Shown: positions 50,929 to 63,980, numbered from the whole stretch's first letter. The stretch: DNA of 63,980 nucleotides, filler included, from Octopus bimaculoides (GCF_001194135.2; 7 parts of 7 records of this genome joined end to end with filler, not necessarily neighbours in it); one strand, 5' to 3'. Numbers and translations are program-made. The notes: generated from the letters alone by a model not told the origin.

Positions 50929-51423
50929 AATTATTACAAACACACACACACACACACACGCACACANNNNNNNNNNNNNNNNNNNNNNNNNNNNNNNNNN
51001 NNNNNNNNNNNNNNNNNNNNNNNNNNNNNNNNNNNNNNNNNNNNNNNNNNNNNCCACACACCGAGCAGACTCGGATATACTGACTAAATTTTAAAGTATA
51101 TAAGGTTGGAATAGTTAGAATCCTTATTTATGTAAAGGAGCTTTCCTTTCAGATTTTCATGCAGTCCAACTCTGCATTTCACTAAATGTAATGTAGTGTC
51201 TAAAAAATTGACTTTGTTTATATTAGCGGTCAATAGCTAGAACCATACTTATTGTGTCCAATCATCAAATTAAATAATCGCACATGGTTATATGTGCGAT
51301 TTAAAATGCAAGATTATCATCACTTTTTAATGATATATCTTAGCTTCTGAACTTTATTTTCGCATCTCTAAAATGTATAATGCAACGAACTCACATTTCT
51401 CAGTGTTCGCGTAACTACATGTA

Positions 51424-52306
51424 CAGGGTGTCCTAAAAGTCAGTGATGGATTTCAATTTTTAATAACTTCCTTAACTTTATAAATAGATGTATCAAATTT
51501 TGATACAATATAAATGACATAAAAGAAATTAATATGCACAAGTCAAATTTTGCAACACCACTACATCACATATGAAAAATGACATCGCTTAAATGGCAGC
51601 CATTTTTGGCTTCGTTCGCCCGTACTCTTTCCAAAACTTGCACAACACCCTCAAGAGTTTCAGACCCCAATTGTCTGATTTCTCTATTTATGTTCTTCAG
51701 TTGCACCAGGGTCTCTGGGTTGTTGATGTAAACCCTCTCTTTCAGGTATCTCTACAAGAAAAAAACCCGGGCTAGTCAATTCTGAGAAACGTGAAGGTCA
51801 TTCAAAGTAGACCTCACACATGGTTCCAACAAGATGGGGCAACAGCTCAAAGTTCAAGAGAAACAATGCAGTTGATACTGTAGTGCTTTGGAGAGAGAAT
51901 AAACTCCCGCTATGGCAATGGCAACTGGCCTTCAGGTTCCCCAGACTTCACTAGCCTGGATTTTTCTTGTAAGGATATCTAAAAGAGAGGATTTCCATGA
52001 ACAAACCGGAGACCCTGGTGCAACTGAAGGAGAACATCAATAGAGAAATCGGCGAAGTAGGATCTGAAACTCTTGTGGGTGTTACGGTGCAAGTTTTGGA
52101 AAGAGCATGGGCGTGCGAAGCCGAAAATGGCTGCCATTTAAACGATGTCATTTTTCATATGTGATGCAGTGGTGTTGCAAAATTTGATTTATGCGTATTT
52201 ATTTTCATTATGTCCTTTATATTGTATCAAAATTTTATGCATTTATTTGTAAAGTTAAGGAAGTTATTAAAAATTGAAACCTACCAGTGACTTTTGGGAC
52301 ATCCTG
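51424..52306. mobile_element. Tc1/mariner-superfamily fold-back made of two divergent 3' ends, TA-flanked
   Basis: TA|cagggtgtcctaaaagtca ... tgacttttgggacatcctg|TA. Both arms encode the transposase C-terminus (YLKER..PETLVQLK..CHL.DVIFHM*). The centre encodes WFQQDGATA..WPSGSPDFT. Confidence 0.9.
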
Positions 52307-52606
52307 TAGCAAAAACAAATTGGTTATTCATGTTCTTCATTGTCCAGATTCGTTAACGAAAGATAGAGATTTCCTGGCTGGCATGCATAATTACTTGGAC
52401 ATCGTTTCTACAAGTGGCATTGAGTTTCTTACCAAATTTCAGTAGCTTGACTAAGAGAGGGTTTGAATTTTAGCGGTCCTTATTATCGGATGTTATCAAA
52501 TAAAATCTGTTATAATCTTGGTGCTATTAAATCAACCAATATATCGCTTTTGATTATTCGAAGTTAGTAGTCTTCCATATACAAGACATAAACCTGCTAA
52601 TCATAC

Positions 52607-52654
52607 TTTTCGGTCAGCATTTTCGGTCAGCATTTTCGGTCAGCATTTTCGGTC
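52607..52654. repeat. 13-bp tandem repeat (TTTTCGGTCAGCA) x3.7
   Basis: Seen directly. Confidence 0.9.
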
Positions 52655-52910
52655 TGGTGTAAAATTCTCCCTATGTTTTTTTAGGGTGATGGATGTTTCG
52701 CGTGTCGGTAAATATTATCTAAACATGATCTTAGTTCTGCTTTCTACCCATTCAACGATATCATTGTAGGTATTGATGTTAACTTTTCTATATTATTGTG
52801 CAATAATAGTAATGACAATAATGATAATATCTGTCTGCCGATCTAACTATATGCACGCACACACACACAAACACAAACACACGCACGCACGCACACACAC
52901 ACAAACACAA

Positions 52911-52941
<31 letters not shown>

Positions 52942-53015
52942 CACACACATGCACGCACATACGCGCACACGCACACACACACACACATGCACGCATACAC
53001 AAATACACATATAAA

Positions 53016-53135
53016 GTAGCGTGGTTCAGTGGTTAGGATGTTGCACTCATGATTATAAGATTGTGGTCTCGATTCCTGGACCGGGCGATGGGTTGTGTTT
53101 TTGAGCAAAAACACTTCATTTAAAGCAGCACGGTT
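53016..53135 (+). mobile_element. Older tRNA-derived SINE head related to family C
   Basis: gtggttcagtggttagg...ggtctcgattcctggaccgggcg...ttgagcaaaaacac. Confidence 0.7.
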
Positions 53136-53155
53136 GACTTTGTGTGTGTGTGTAT

Positions 53156-53245
<90 letters not shown>

Positions 53246-53953
53246 ACACACACACACACACACACTCACATATATATATATATGTATATAAAGTTTATAC
53301 ACATTACACACACATACGCATAGATGTATGTATATACGTATACCTAAGTTTATATATGCACACATACAGACAGACACACACACATATATGCACGTATGTA
53401 TGCTTGTATGTGTTTGTGTATGTATATATATATATCGATACATATTCATAATACTTTGGATGTATACATGATGGAAAATATGAAGTGAGTATTTTTATTG
53501 CATTCCTGAAACGAAGAAAAGTTTAAAATGAAACACTCAAACATTCGCATCTTTACGTAGATACATACAGACACAACTATTAAACATAGATACGTGAAAC
53601 AACATAACATACGTAAACTTCTTGAATGCCACCAGACCTCCACCGTGATTCATACTATTCCTATCTCTTGGTATATATATATCAACCAACCGACCATCTT
53701 ACAATAAACAAAAGAACAACAAGATAACTGTGAAGAAACACCTTTCATATTAAAAAAAAATCGTTAAAAAATGAAGAAGTTTCTCTAAAGATAACGAAAC
53801 ACATGAGAGAACTGACTCTATCAGACAGCGAAACCTGATGCCATTTACACCTACTTATTGCTGTTGTGTGGGTGGGACTCAGGCATTTGATTATATTTTG
53901 TCCCTTCCTCCATGCATCTTCTTCAACAAGCTTAATATAGAACTAACATCATG

Positions 53954-53984
<31 letters not shown>

Positions 53985-54239
53985 NNNNNNNNNNNNNNNN
54001 NNNNNNNNNNNNNNNATATATAATACAAATAATATATGAGTATATGCGTATATACGTACATGTATGTACATACCTACATCTACATGTATATATAGATGCA
54101 TATCTGGGTACAGGACATAGCAACAAAACGTGGACAAAATGATAAACGGAGTACAGAAAACACACAGGCCACATAGAGAACATTTCCTTCATCAGCTGCC
54201 ACCATTCTAAAACTAAGCGTTTCGAAGAGTTCCTTAGTT

Positions 54240-54618
54240 GACGATATGTGCATCTCTGATCACGAGCAGAGGTAGTGAGGGAGCATCGTAGCCATGTGTT
54301 GAAAAGAACTCTTTGGGGTTTGAATAATTCACCTCTGGAAACGTGGGTACTCCATTCAACGTCCTTAAACGACCCTTATTCAGGGACATTTTGAGCGGGA
54401 TGGGCTGAAGAAAATTCTAACTGGGTTCCACCTGCACAGTCATGCGCTGTTTATCTTGATATGAGATCACCATGTCGTGCACATATGGTTGTGATGCATG
54501 TGCCTGATGTACCCTTATCAGACGGGTCGTCGAGATTAGTATATTGGGCTTCGTATATTTTACCCCAGTGTCACTTTGATGGCATGCACTGCTCTCTCAC
54601 TCAATAATGATGATGATG

Positions 54619-54704
<86 letters not shown>
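54240..54704 (+). mobile_element. Probable non-LTR retroelement 3' region ending in a long (TAA)n tail
   Basis: ~360 bp of complex, GC-richer sequence ending ctctctcactc directly into a ~100-bp (TAA/TGA)n run. No recognisable ORF. Confidence 0.4.
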
Positions 54705-55564
54705 NNNNNNNNNNNNNNNNNNNNNNNNNNNNNNNNNNNNNNNNNNNNTTAATTAATTAANNNNNNNNNNNNNNNNNNNNNNNNNNNNNNNNNNNNNNNN
54801 NNNNATATATATATATATATATAAACTACGACATAAAAACAGAAAAAAAAAGAAACCCTAACAATCTCAAAAAATATTTTTGATTGATTAATATTTTAGT
54901 TTTTTTTCTTTTTTCTTTTCGCCTCCTTTTACTGCTTTTCTCTTCCCCTTTTTCTTCCTTTTTCTTTTCTCTGACACTATAAAAGGCATAAAGTATTCAG
55001 AAACCGAATTGATGACATGATTTTCTCATCACATTCGATAATGAATTGGTGTGTGTGTCTGAGTGTACGTATGTGTATGTATACACACACACACACATGC
55101 ACCCCACCCATATATATATATATCTGTGTGTGTGTGTGTGTGCATGTATGTGTGTATGTATGCTTGTATGTGTGTATGTATGCATGTAAATACTACACGC
55201 ACATGTGCGCACGCACTCACATACACATGGACATCAGAGACTTATATTTTTTTATTGTTATTTTTACTTTTCGTACAACAAAAGATTGTGATGTCCACTT
55301 TGTTTTCATTATTTTTATTAATGTCAGCAGCAGCAGCAGCAGTTGTAGTAGTAGTAGTAGTAGTAGTTATATGCTTTAAAAACTGTGCTGAAGCAGAGAA
55401 AAAGAAAGAAAATTATAATTTCAAAGTTTGATGGGAATATATAGCTATTGATACGATAACCAACCCCTTAAAATGTATGTGTGTGTGTGTGTACATACAT
55501 ACATACATACATACATACATACATACATACGTACATATATATATATATATACATNNNNNNNNNN

Positions 55565-55637
<73 letters not shown>

Positions 55638-56104
55638 TATATATGGACAGATAGATATACATATACATACATGCATATATATGTGTGTGTATATATATAT
55701 ATATATATACATACACATGCTCATATACACTCACACACATATTTGTATGTATGAGTGTGTATGTGTGTGGGTACGTGTGCGTGCATGTGGGCGTTTGTGT
55801 GCGTTAGTAAGAAAAAAAAAATTAAAATTACAAAATTTACAGCAACTATAGAATGAATTTCAAGTTCACGGTTCGGTCTTCAAAAAGCTGCAATGTGTTC
55901 TAGAAAGATGTATTTACATTTTAATGTGAGATTTCATATTTCCAAGAAGTTTTATGATGTTTTATGCAGATGTAGAATACACATTATCCGTATAGAGTCT
56001 GTATGACTGAAATATATGCACTCTTAAATAGACACATTCTTATATGTCAATGAATATGTATGTATGCATGTGTGCATAATGTATATATGTATATATATAT
56101 ATAT

Positions 56105-56365
56105 TCTTTTACTCTTTTACTTGTTTCAGCCACTTGACTGCGGCCACACTGGAACACCGCCTTTAGTCAAGCAAATCGACCCCAGGTCTTATTCTTTGTA
56201 AGCCTCATACTTATTCTATCCGGTAATTTTGCCGAACCGTTAGGCTACGGGGACGTAAACACACCAACATTGGTTGTCAAGACACAAATACACACTATAG
56301 AAGACCAAAGCCTTGTGAGTGGATTTGGTGGATTGAAACTGAAAGAAGCCCCCGTCGTATATATA
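56105..56365. mobile_element. SINE family B with internal inversion (3' half on minus, middle segment on plus)
   Basis: 56105-56282 is the reverse complement of the B 3' half; 56292-56365 is the B middle (gaccaaagccttgtgagtggatttgg..cccgtcgtatata) in forward orientation. Confidence 0.8.
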
Positions 56366-56367
56366 GT

Positions 56368-56404
<37 letters not shown>

Positions 56405-57869
56405 NNNNNNNNNNNNNNNNNNNNNNNNNNNNNNNNNNNNNNNNNNNNNNNNNNNNNNNNNNNNNNNNNNNNNNNNNNNNNNNNNNNNNNNNNNNNNNNN
56501 NNNNNNNNNNNNNNNNNNNNNNNNNNNNNNNNNNNNNNNNNNNNNNNNNNNNNNNNNNNNNNNNNNNNNNNNNNNNNNNNNNNNNNNNNNNNNNNNNNNN
56601 NNNNNNNNNNNNNNNNNNNNNNNNNNNNNNNNNNNNNNNNNNNNNNNNNNNNNNNNNNNNNNNNNNNNNNNNNNNNNNNNNNNNNNNNNNNNNNNNNNNN
56701 NNNNNNNNNNNNNNNNNNNNNNNNNNNNNNNNNNNNNNNNNNNNNNNNNNNNNNNNNNNNNNNNNNNNNNNNNNNNNNNNNNNNNNNNNNNNNNNNNNNN
56801 NNNNNNNNNNNNNNNNNNNNNNNNNNNNNNNNNNNNNNNNNNNNNNNNNNNNNNNNNNNNNNNNNNNNNNNNNNNNNNNNNNNNNNNNNNNNNNNNNNNN
56901 NNNNNNNNNNNNNNNNNNNNNNNNNNNNNNNNNNNNNNNNNNNNNNNNNNNNNNNNNNNNNNNNNNNNNNNNNNNNNNNNNNNNNNNNNNNNNNNNNNNN
57001 NNNNNNNNNNNNNNNNNNNNNNNNNNNNNNNNNNNNNNNNNNNNNNNNNNNNNNNNNNNNNNNNNNNNNNNNNNNNNNNNNNNNNNNNNNNNNNNNNNNN
57101 NNNNNNNNNNNNNNNNNNNNNNNNNNNNNNNNNNNNNNNNNNNNNNNNNNNNNNNNNNNNNNNNNNNNNNNNNNNNNNNNNNNNNNNNNNNNNNNNNNNN
57201 NNNNNNNNNNNNNNNNNNNNNNNNNNNNNNNNNNNNNNNNNNNNNNNNNNNNNNNNNNNNNNNNNNNNNNNNNNNNNNNNNTATATATATATATAATTTT
57301 AAAAAAACGTGCAGTAAATGAACAAAGGAACAGAAAAAACAGAAGGTCACCAACTCCTCATCAGTTATCGACCAGTATGTCAAACGCAATTTCAGTCATT
57401 ATCGATAATATTGCTTTCACTCTGGAGCCATCTGCTAGGAACTTGCCGGAAATGGGACCAAAATATAACAAAACGAAATGGAAAACAGAATAAAGGCTTA
57501 GGGCCACACGAAGAAAACAATTGATAATGATAATAATACAAAAAAACCTTAGGGCAGCAAAACAAGACGAAAGTGGGTAACGCGAAGGAGAAATGAAAAC
57601 AGTTCTAAAAGTCTATGGACACAGGAGGGGTAGAGCGAGGAGCTCCGCTCTACCTCTCCCGTGTCTATGGTCCTTATATACATAAATATATAAATATATA
57701 CATGCACAATTATTATTAATACACACACACATATATATATATATATATGTTATGTATGTGTAAACAACCACAGCAACACACACCACTGACACACCTCATA
57801 TGTATATGGTCATGCATGTATGTGTGTATATATATATATCTATGTGTATGTATGTACACACACACACAC

Positions 57870-57911
<42 letters not shown>

Positions 57912-58873
57912 TTATATATATAGGCATACCTCACCCTACGTCGTTAATTGGTTCCAGGAGACACGACTTTAGTCGAAAAACCACTTAAGTCGAATTAACT
58001 TGTCTCTATGCTAGGCTAGGCCGAATTTACTTGTCCCTGGGCTAAGCCGATAACAACCATTCCCAGTTCTGTACTTTAATTATGAATGCACTTTCAATAA
58101 TACATGGTTAATAAAAACATATTTTAAGCTTACAAACAAATAATTTTAATTTTTTGATCTAGTACAGTAAAAGAAAGTAATCTAAATTCAAGAATAGAAT
58201 TTGTCAGTGTTTACCGTTCATCGTGGACGCTTTACTTATGAGTGCGGTTTGCAAAAAGACATGGTAAAATAAAAGCCTTTTTTAAGCTTAAAAACAAATT
58301 CTATAATTATTATTATTTCGCAATAATAAAAAAAACTAAATTATTTTAAATTTACGAATACGTACATACAATTCGGTGATTTCGTGATTTCATGATTTCG
58401 TTCACTAAGCTACACTAGTTTATGGTGTATATCTTAACATTTACTGTACGTATTTCAATTTGATTTTATATGTTTTTATCCTTATTTATTGTAGAGTAAC
58501 ATGATTTTATGTGCATTTAACGGTTTTCTAGTGATTTTACGATTCCAATATTTGTGGCGGACAGACGTAAAGTCGAGTAAAATGACTTAACTTGATTTCT
58601 ATTTTCCCATATATTATTTTTGAAAACCGACGTATAATCGAGAACGTTTTAAATCGAAACGACTTAAAAGCCGAGGTAAGCCTTTGTGTGTATACATACA
58701 TACATACATACATACACACACNNNNNNNNNNNNNNNNNNNNNNNNNNNNNNNNNNNNNNNNNNNNNNNNNNNNNNNNNNNNNNNNNNNNNNNNNNNNNNN
58801 NNNNNNNNNNNNNNNNNNNNNNNNNNNNNNNNNNNNNNNNNNNNNNNNNNNNNNNNNNNNNNNNNNNNNNNNN

Positions 58874-58965
58874 TCCCAACCACATGGTCCCGGGTTCAGC
58901 CCCACTGTGTGGCACCTTGGGCGTCTTCTACTATAGCGCCGGGCCGACCAAAGCTTTGCGAGTGG
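58874..58965 (+). mobile_element. SINE family B 5' fragment
   Basis: caaccacatggtcccgggttcagcccc...gggccgaccaaagctttgcgagtggat. Confidence 0.85.
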
Positions 58966-59883
58966 ATCATGTATGTATGTATGTATGTATGTATGTATGT
59001 ATGTATGTATGTATGTATGTATGTATGTTTGTTTGTGTGTGTGTGTGTGTTTGTGTATGTATGTATGTATGTATGTGTATGTGTGTGTGTATATATCCTA
59101 GCGTAAAGATATTCACCATGACGATCACTACAACTACATACATCATCATCATCATCATTACTGCTGCCACTGTCGGCGTCAACATAGTCGACGTTCTCCT
59201 CGACTTGTTTTCTTAAATATATGAAACTCTTATAAATATAAACGTTGATCGATGTAGAACATCATTACTCTCGAAGAGCTGACTTCATGCTTAGATTTTG
59301 GTTCTCAGTCGTATGAGGTTCTGCTCATTTAAGTAAAGTCTGAATGAATGTCGCATCAAATCTTTTTATTTTGTTTATAAATCTCAGGTTTTCTTCTTGA
59401 AAGGATCGAGCATTTTAAAAAAAAAAAGGAAAGAGTTGTGTCCCTTGCTTTATAGATTTATTGACCACAAAGAAAACCTAGTATCTCACCGATCAGTTAC
59501 TTTCCTTACTCTTTTTGTTTTATTATTTATTTCATAATCCTTTTACTATTTCTAGTCATCCATAGGCTTGTGAACAGGGAGTACAGGGGGTGCAAGAGAA
59601 CCCCTAAAATTTGGCACTGGTTATCTTGCTTCGGCTTGCCTTTGGATCAATTCAGTAATGTGGATAGGGTCTGTGAAGTGTTGTGCAAGCCTTATTGGAC
59701 CTAAAATTTTAGGTTGTGCAATCGCCAGCGAGGCAGTGACTTTCTAATGCGCGGTCGAGTAGATGGGCACCACGGCGAGCATAGTAGCCGCAGATGCGAA
59801 CTCGGGTGAAGACAAACGCGGATGCAATGACCTCTTGCACGGACGTTGCTGACATTTTCCATGGCCAACAAGTAAATTCAGGA

Positions 59884-59990
<107 letters not shown>

Positions 59991-60425
59991 ACATGACATG
60001 ATAGAGCCCAGATTCCATCAGCGAAATTCCATATACAAGACATTAGTCAGCTCAAGGACACTGGAGAAGGCACTTAGTCATGGTTTAACGCAGTAGGATC
60101 GAACATTCCACGTCAATGGGAAACAAATTTTTTTAACTACGTAACATCGCCAGCACCTATATTCCCTAAATAAGTAATTTAATTTTTATTTTCCCTATTT
60201 ATCAGAAGTAGTAGAACTCTTTTGAAAACGCAGAGGGAATGCTGGTGATCGAAACGCATTCATGTCTTTTACTGATAGTTATTTAACCATTCCGAAGAAA
60301 TGATAAAAATATCATCAATACGCACCCATATAGATACATATCGTCCTAATTTATGTCCCCCAAACATACGTATTAAAATCCAAGACGTCTTTTGAATATG
60401 TGTACAAAATATTTTTCTGATTAGT

Positions 60426-60806
60426 AGGCACAATGGCCCAGTGGTTAGGGCAGCGGACTCGCGGTCATAGGATCGCGGTTTCGATTCCCAGACCGGGCGT
60501 TGTGAGTGTTTATTGAGCGAAAACACCTAAAGCTCCACGAGGTTCCGGCAGGGGATGGTGGCGAACCCTGCTGTACTCTTTCACCACAACTTTCTCTCAC
60601 TCTTACTTCCTGTTTCTGTTGTGCCTGTAATTCAAAGGGTCAGTCTTGTCACGCTGAATCTCCCCGAGAACTACGTCAAGGGTACACGTGTCTGTGGAGT
60701 GCTCAGCTACTTGCACGTTAATTTCACGAGCAGGCTGTTCCGTTGATCGGATCAATTGGAACCCTCGACGTCGTAAGCGACGGAGTGCCAACAACAACAA
60801 TAACAA
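60426..60806 (+). mobile_element. Full-length tRNA-derived SINE family C (~380 bp) with (CAA)n tail
   Basis: A box TGGCCCAGTGG at 60434, B box GTTTCGATTCC at 60478, unique body, caacaacaacaa tail. A second head copy lies at 61348-61391 on the minus strand. Confidence 0.85.
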
Positions 60807-61207
60807 TTTTTCTGATAAACGATTGTTTAGATTAGTTGAACCATGAATGCAAATGATAAGAATTTTTGTGGTGTTTAGTTTCGGTTTTGTACTTTCAACG
60901 TTTAATTCCTTCTGAAGTTAACTTTTCCTTTCAAAATGTTCACGAATCAGTGAAATATGTACTATTCATGTACTAGAATTGGTATAATCGATTCTTTTTC
61001 TCCCTAAAAGATGGGGGTCTTGTGCCAATGTTGCTTGAAATTTATTTATTAGTAATATAACTTAATAACAGAAGAAATGGGAACAGTTATCTCGATCGAT
61101 CAGACAGGTGGTGTATGTATGTATGTATGTATGTATGTATAAATAGATAGGTGGATGTACATACATACACGTACATACATTCATACACGCATACATACAT
61201 ACATATA

Positions 61208-61238
<31 letters not shown>

Positions 61239-62429
61239 GCATATATANNNNNNNNNNNNNNNNNNNNNNNNNNNNNNNNNNNNNNNNNNNNTTAATTAAT
61301 TAANNNNNNNNNNNNNNNNNNNNNNNNNNNNNNNNNNNNNNNNNNNNATGACCACGAGTCTGCTGCCCTAACCACTGGGCCATTGCGCCTCCACTGTGTT
61401 AAATAAATAAGGCACTAAAAGAAAATAATTCTCCCCAGACACAATAAAATATGTTTCAATGAATTCATATAGAGAATCTTGCAAACCAAATACAAAAACA
61501 AAATAAAATAAATAGGTAAAATGTCTTTTATCAGTCTTTGACCTGCTGCATTAGTTTAGTTGCCATAGGGCAGTGAGCTAACAGAATTTCAAGTGCATTG
61601 GACAAAACCTTTAGTGGTATCTCTTCTGATGTCTTACATTCTAAGTTCAAGTACCACCAATGTCAACTTTGCTTTTCATCAAACTAGAGTCAATAAAATA
61701 AAATACCAATCAAATTCTGGGGTTGATAGTGTAGAATAACCCTCACCATAAGGAAGACTAAAATACCGTTGGTCTTGTATCCAAAATAGAACCATTTTCT
61801 TTAATGGTCATGTTACTTAATTGCTAATGTTTGAGTTTGCAAAATTCTAAGAAGAAAAGACACAGGCCGTTATTTAAGGTGGCAGGCAGTGGGTCTATTG
61901 TAAAACTGATGAGTGCTTTGTTGGTTTGTGACAGTCAGTCTAAGATCTCTCCTACTCCCCATAAGAATACGTGCAGCTACAAACCAATGAGGGAAGCACT
62001 GTAAGGGAGACTCTAAAAGCAACCAGATCTCATTTAAATGTTGCCGTACCAGCTTATATAAAAGATAAGGATACACAGAATAGCACAGCCCTATCATCAT
62101 CATTTAATATTCATGTTCGTGTGGGGGGGGGGGGGGGGGGCGTGTGTGTCATTTTTCAGAGTCACCAAATCTAAGGAGAGGGTAGTAATAAGATAAGCTC
62201 AAATTAGAGACATGGTCTTAATACTTGCAGCAAAACAAACTTTGTTGAAGGTATCCCATAGGCTAGATGATAGCAGTGTTAAACTGGGAGATAGATTAAG
62301 CCTACCACCCAGGTAGATTATGATGAGACTTTAAAACTCAGAACACAAAGAGCTAGAGCAGATATTGTAAGGCATCCAGTCCAATGATTTCACTTACCCT
62401 ACATTAATATGTTATTTATCAACCCTCTT

Positions 62430-62540
62430 TACAAATAAATGCATGGAATTTTGATACAATATAAAGAACATAATGGAAATTAATAGGCACAAGTCAAATT
62501 TTGCAACACCACCACATCACATATGAAAAATGAGAGTTTA
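62430..62540 (-). mobile_element. Fragment of the Tc1-like family seen at 51424-52306
   Basis: ttttgatacaatataaa..gcacaagtcaaattttgcaacaccac.acatcacatatgaaaaatga matches 51500-51585. Confidence 0.8.
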
Positions 62541-62774
62541 CATCAACNNNNNNNNNNNNNNNNNNNNNNNNNNNNNNNNNNNNNNNNNNNNTTAATTAAT
62601 TAANNNNNNNNNNNNNNNNNNNNNNNNNNNNNNNNNNNNNNNNNNNNGTGTGTGTGTGTGTCATTATGAATACCGATATATTATGTGTGTGTGTGTGCTT
62701 ATTCGGTTTGTAAAAAACTTTGTAGCATTTTGTCAGTAAAATACCTTAACAGTCTTTAGATGGCTGTGCATAGC

Positions 62775-63420
62775 TTTACTCAACCAAATATTTCCCATTT
62801 TGTTCCACTATCTTTCGCCATCTTTGCGGCAGATTCATGAACCTGTCTTTCCAGAACTTGGCATCTTTCTGCGTCTAAGTGGTCTAAGTGGTTTCTACAC
62901 TCTTTTAAACAATCAAAGTTCTTCTCATTAAAAGAATTCTGCAAGGATCCCAATAAATGATAATCCGAAGGTGCAAGGTCAGGTTAGTACGGTGTGCGGG
63001 GGTAAGTCACCCCACCCATGCTGCACCAATTTCTGCTGAGTCTGCAAAGAAATGTGCAGTCTAGCGTTGTCTTTTCGGTAAGCCAATGCTGGACGTTTTT
63101 CATAAATTGCCTCCTTTAATCGATCAACTTGGGGACAATAACAGTGTGAATTTAATGACTGATTTCCTGGAAGTAGCTCATAATAAACAATGCCCTTCCA
63201 GGCTCAGCAGATACAGGATATCACCTTCTACGGAAACAGATTGGCTTTTGGAGAGATAGAAGACGGCTCATATCGTTTTCGCCAGGATTGTTCCCCGTTT
63301 TATGTTGTAAATAATCGGTTTCTCATCACACGTGATCATTCGGTTCAAAAATGGATAATCTTTGTTTCGTTTGATTAGTAAAATGCACATGGAAATTCGC
63401 TCTATTAAGTTTCATCCATT
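62775..63420 (-). mobile_element. Decayed mariner (DD34D) transposase catalytic domain
   Basis: PFLNRMITCDEKPIIYN..WKGIVYYELLPGNQSLNS..KDNARLH..PY*PDLAPSDYHLLGSLQN..LPQRWRKIVEQNGKYL. Confidence 0.9.
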
Positions 63421-63940
63421 AAGTTATGAGGCATCGAAAAGTATACATAGCCTTATCGATACCATACGCATATATCTTTATGTATATTTATAAGGGGAAT
63501 CAGATCCAACCACCACTCCCCTCTACACACTNNNNNNNNNNNNNNNNNNNNNNNNNNNNNNNNNNNNNNNNNNNNNNNNNNNNNNNNNNNNNNNNNNNNN
63601 NNNNNNNNNNNNNNNNNNNNNNNNNNNNNNNNNNNNNNNNNNNNNNNNNNNNNNNNNNNNNNNNNNNNNNNNNNNNNNNNNNNNNNNNNNNNNNNNNNNN
63701 NNNNNNNACAGACAGACAAGCAGAAATTAAAACTTAAAGAAGCCATCAAGTTAAAAACGGAATCGGTCAGATATTGTCGTGTAGGACCACAAGGAAAATA
63801 TATGTTAGGTTATAGAAATCAGCTGACCTCTCAACACCAATGTGGTTAGAAAAAATGTAAGAAAAAGCGGACATTTATTGACCATTGTATAAGGAATTTG
63901 CAAAGCCACTATGCAAAATGCACTTTTAAGCTGCATACCT

Positions 63941-63980
63941 GTCCAAATGTGTCCAAAATGTGTCCAAAATGTGTCCAAAA
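63941..63980. repeat. 11-bp tandem repeat (TGTCCAAAATG)n running off the window
   Basis: About 3.5 units seen directly. Confidence 0.85.

Noticed and set aside
60426-60500. tRNA gene
   Set aside because: A and B boxes are present but there is no acceptor-stem closure, and the sequence continues into a repeated SINE body with a simple-repeat tail.

Overview
AT-rich, microsatellite-dense, gap-ridden animal genomic DNA. The SINE families, (TA/CA/TACA/TAA)n density and mariner/Penelope/R4 relics suggest an octopus draft assembly (inference, no database search). There is no intact long gene: nearly all ORF-track entries are microsatellite or N-gap artefacts. Supported content: many tRNA-derived SINE copies (3-4 families), Dong/R4-like, RTE and Penelope-like retroelement relics, Tc1/mariner relics, small hAT and pogo MITEs, and one good candidate coding exon on the minus strand (41216-41389, poly-Pro plus PPxY). 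The main unexplained signal is a set of five large fold-back structures. Two are AT-rich palindromes (30902-31474, 46159-46580) in which each arm carries an outward-pointing minimal hammerhead-ribozyme motif. One is a mariner built from two 5' ends (30001-30861) and one a Tc1-like element built from two 3' ends (51424-52306). The fifth is a TIR element with an 8-bp TSD and a (CCCTAA)7-(TTAGGG)n telomere-repeat palindrome at its centre (34052-34695). Further dispersed hammerhead motifs lie at 241-286, 6862-6899 and 9168-9205. TTAATTAATTAA islands inside N runs are assembly linkers.
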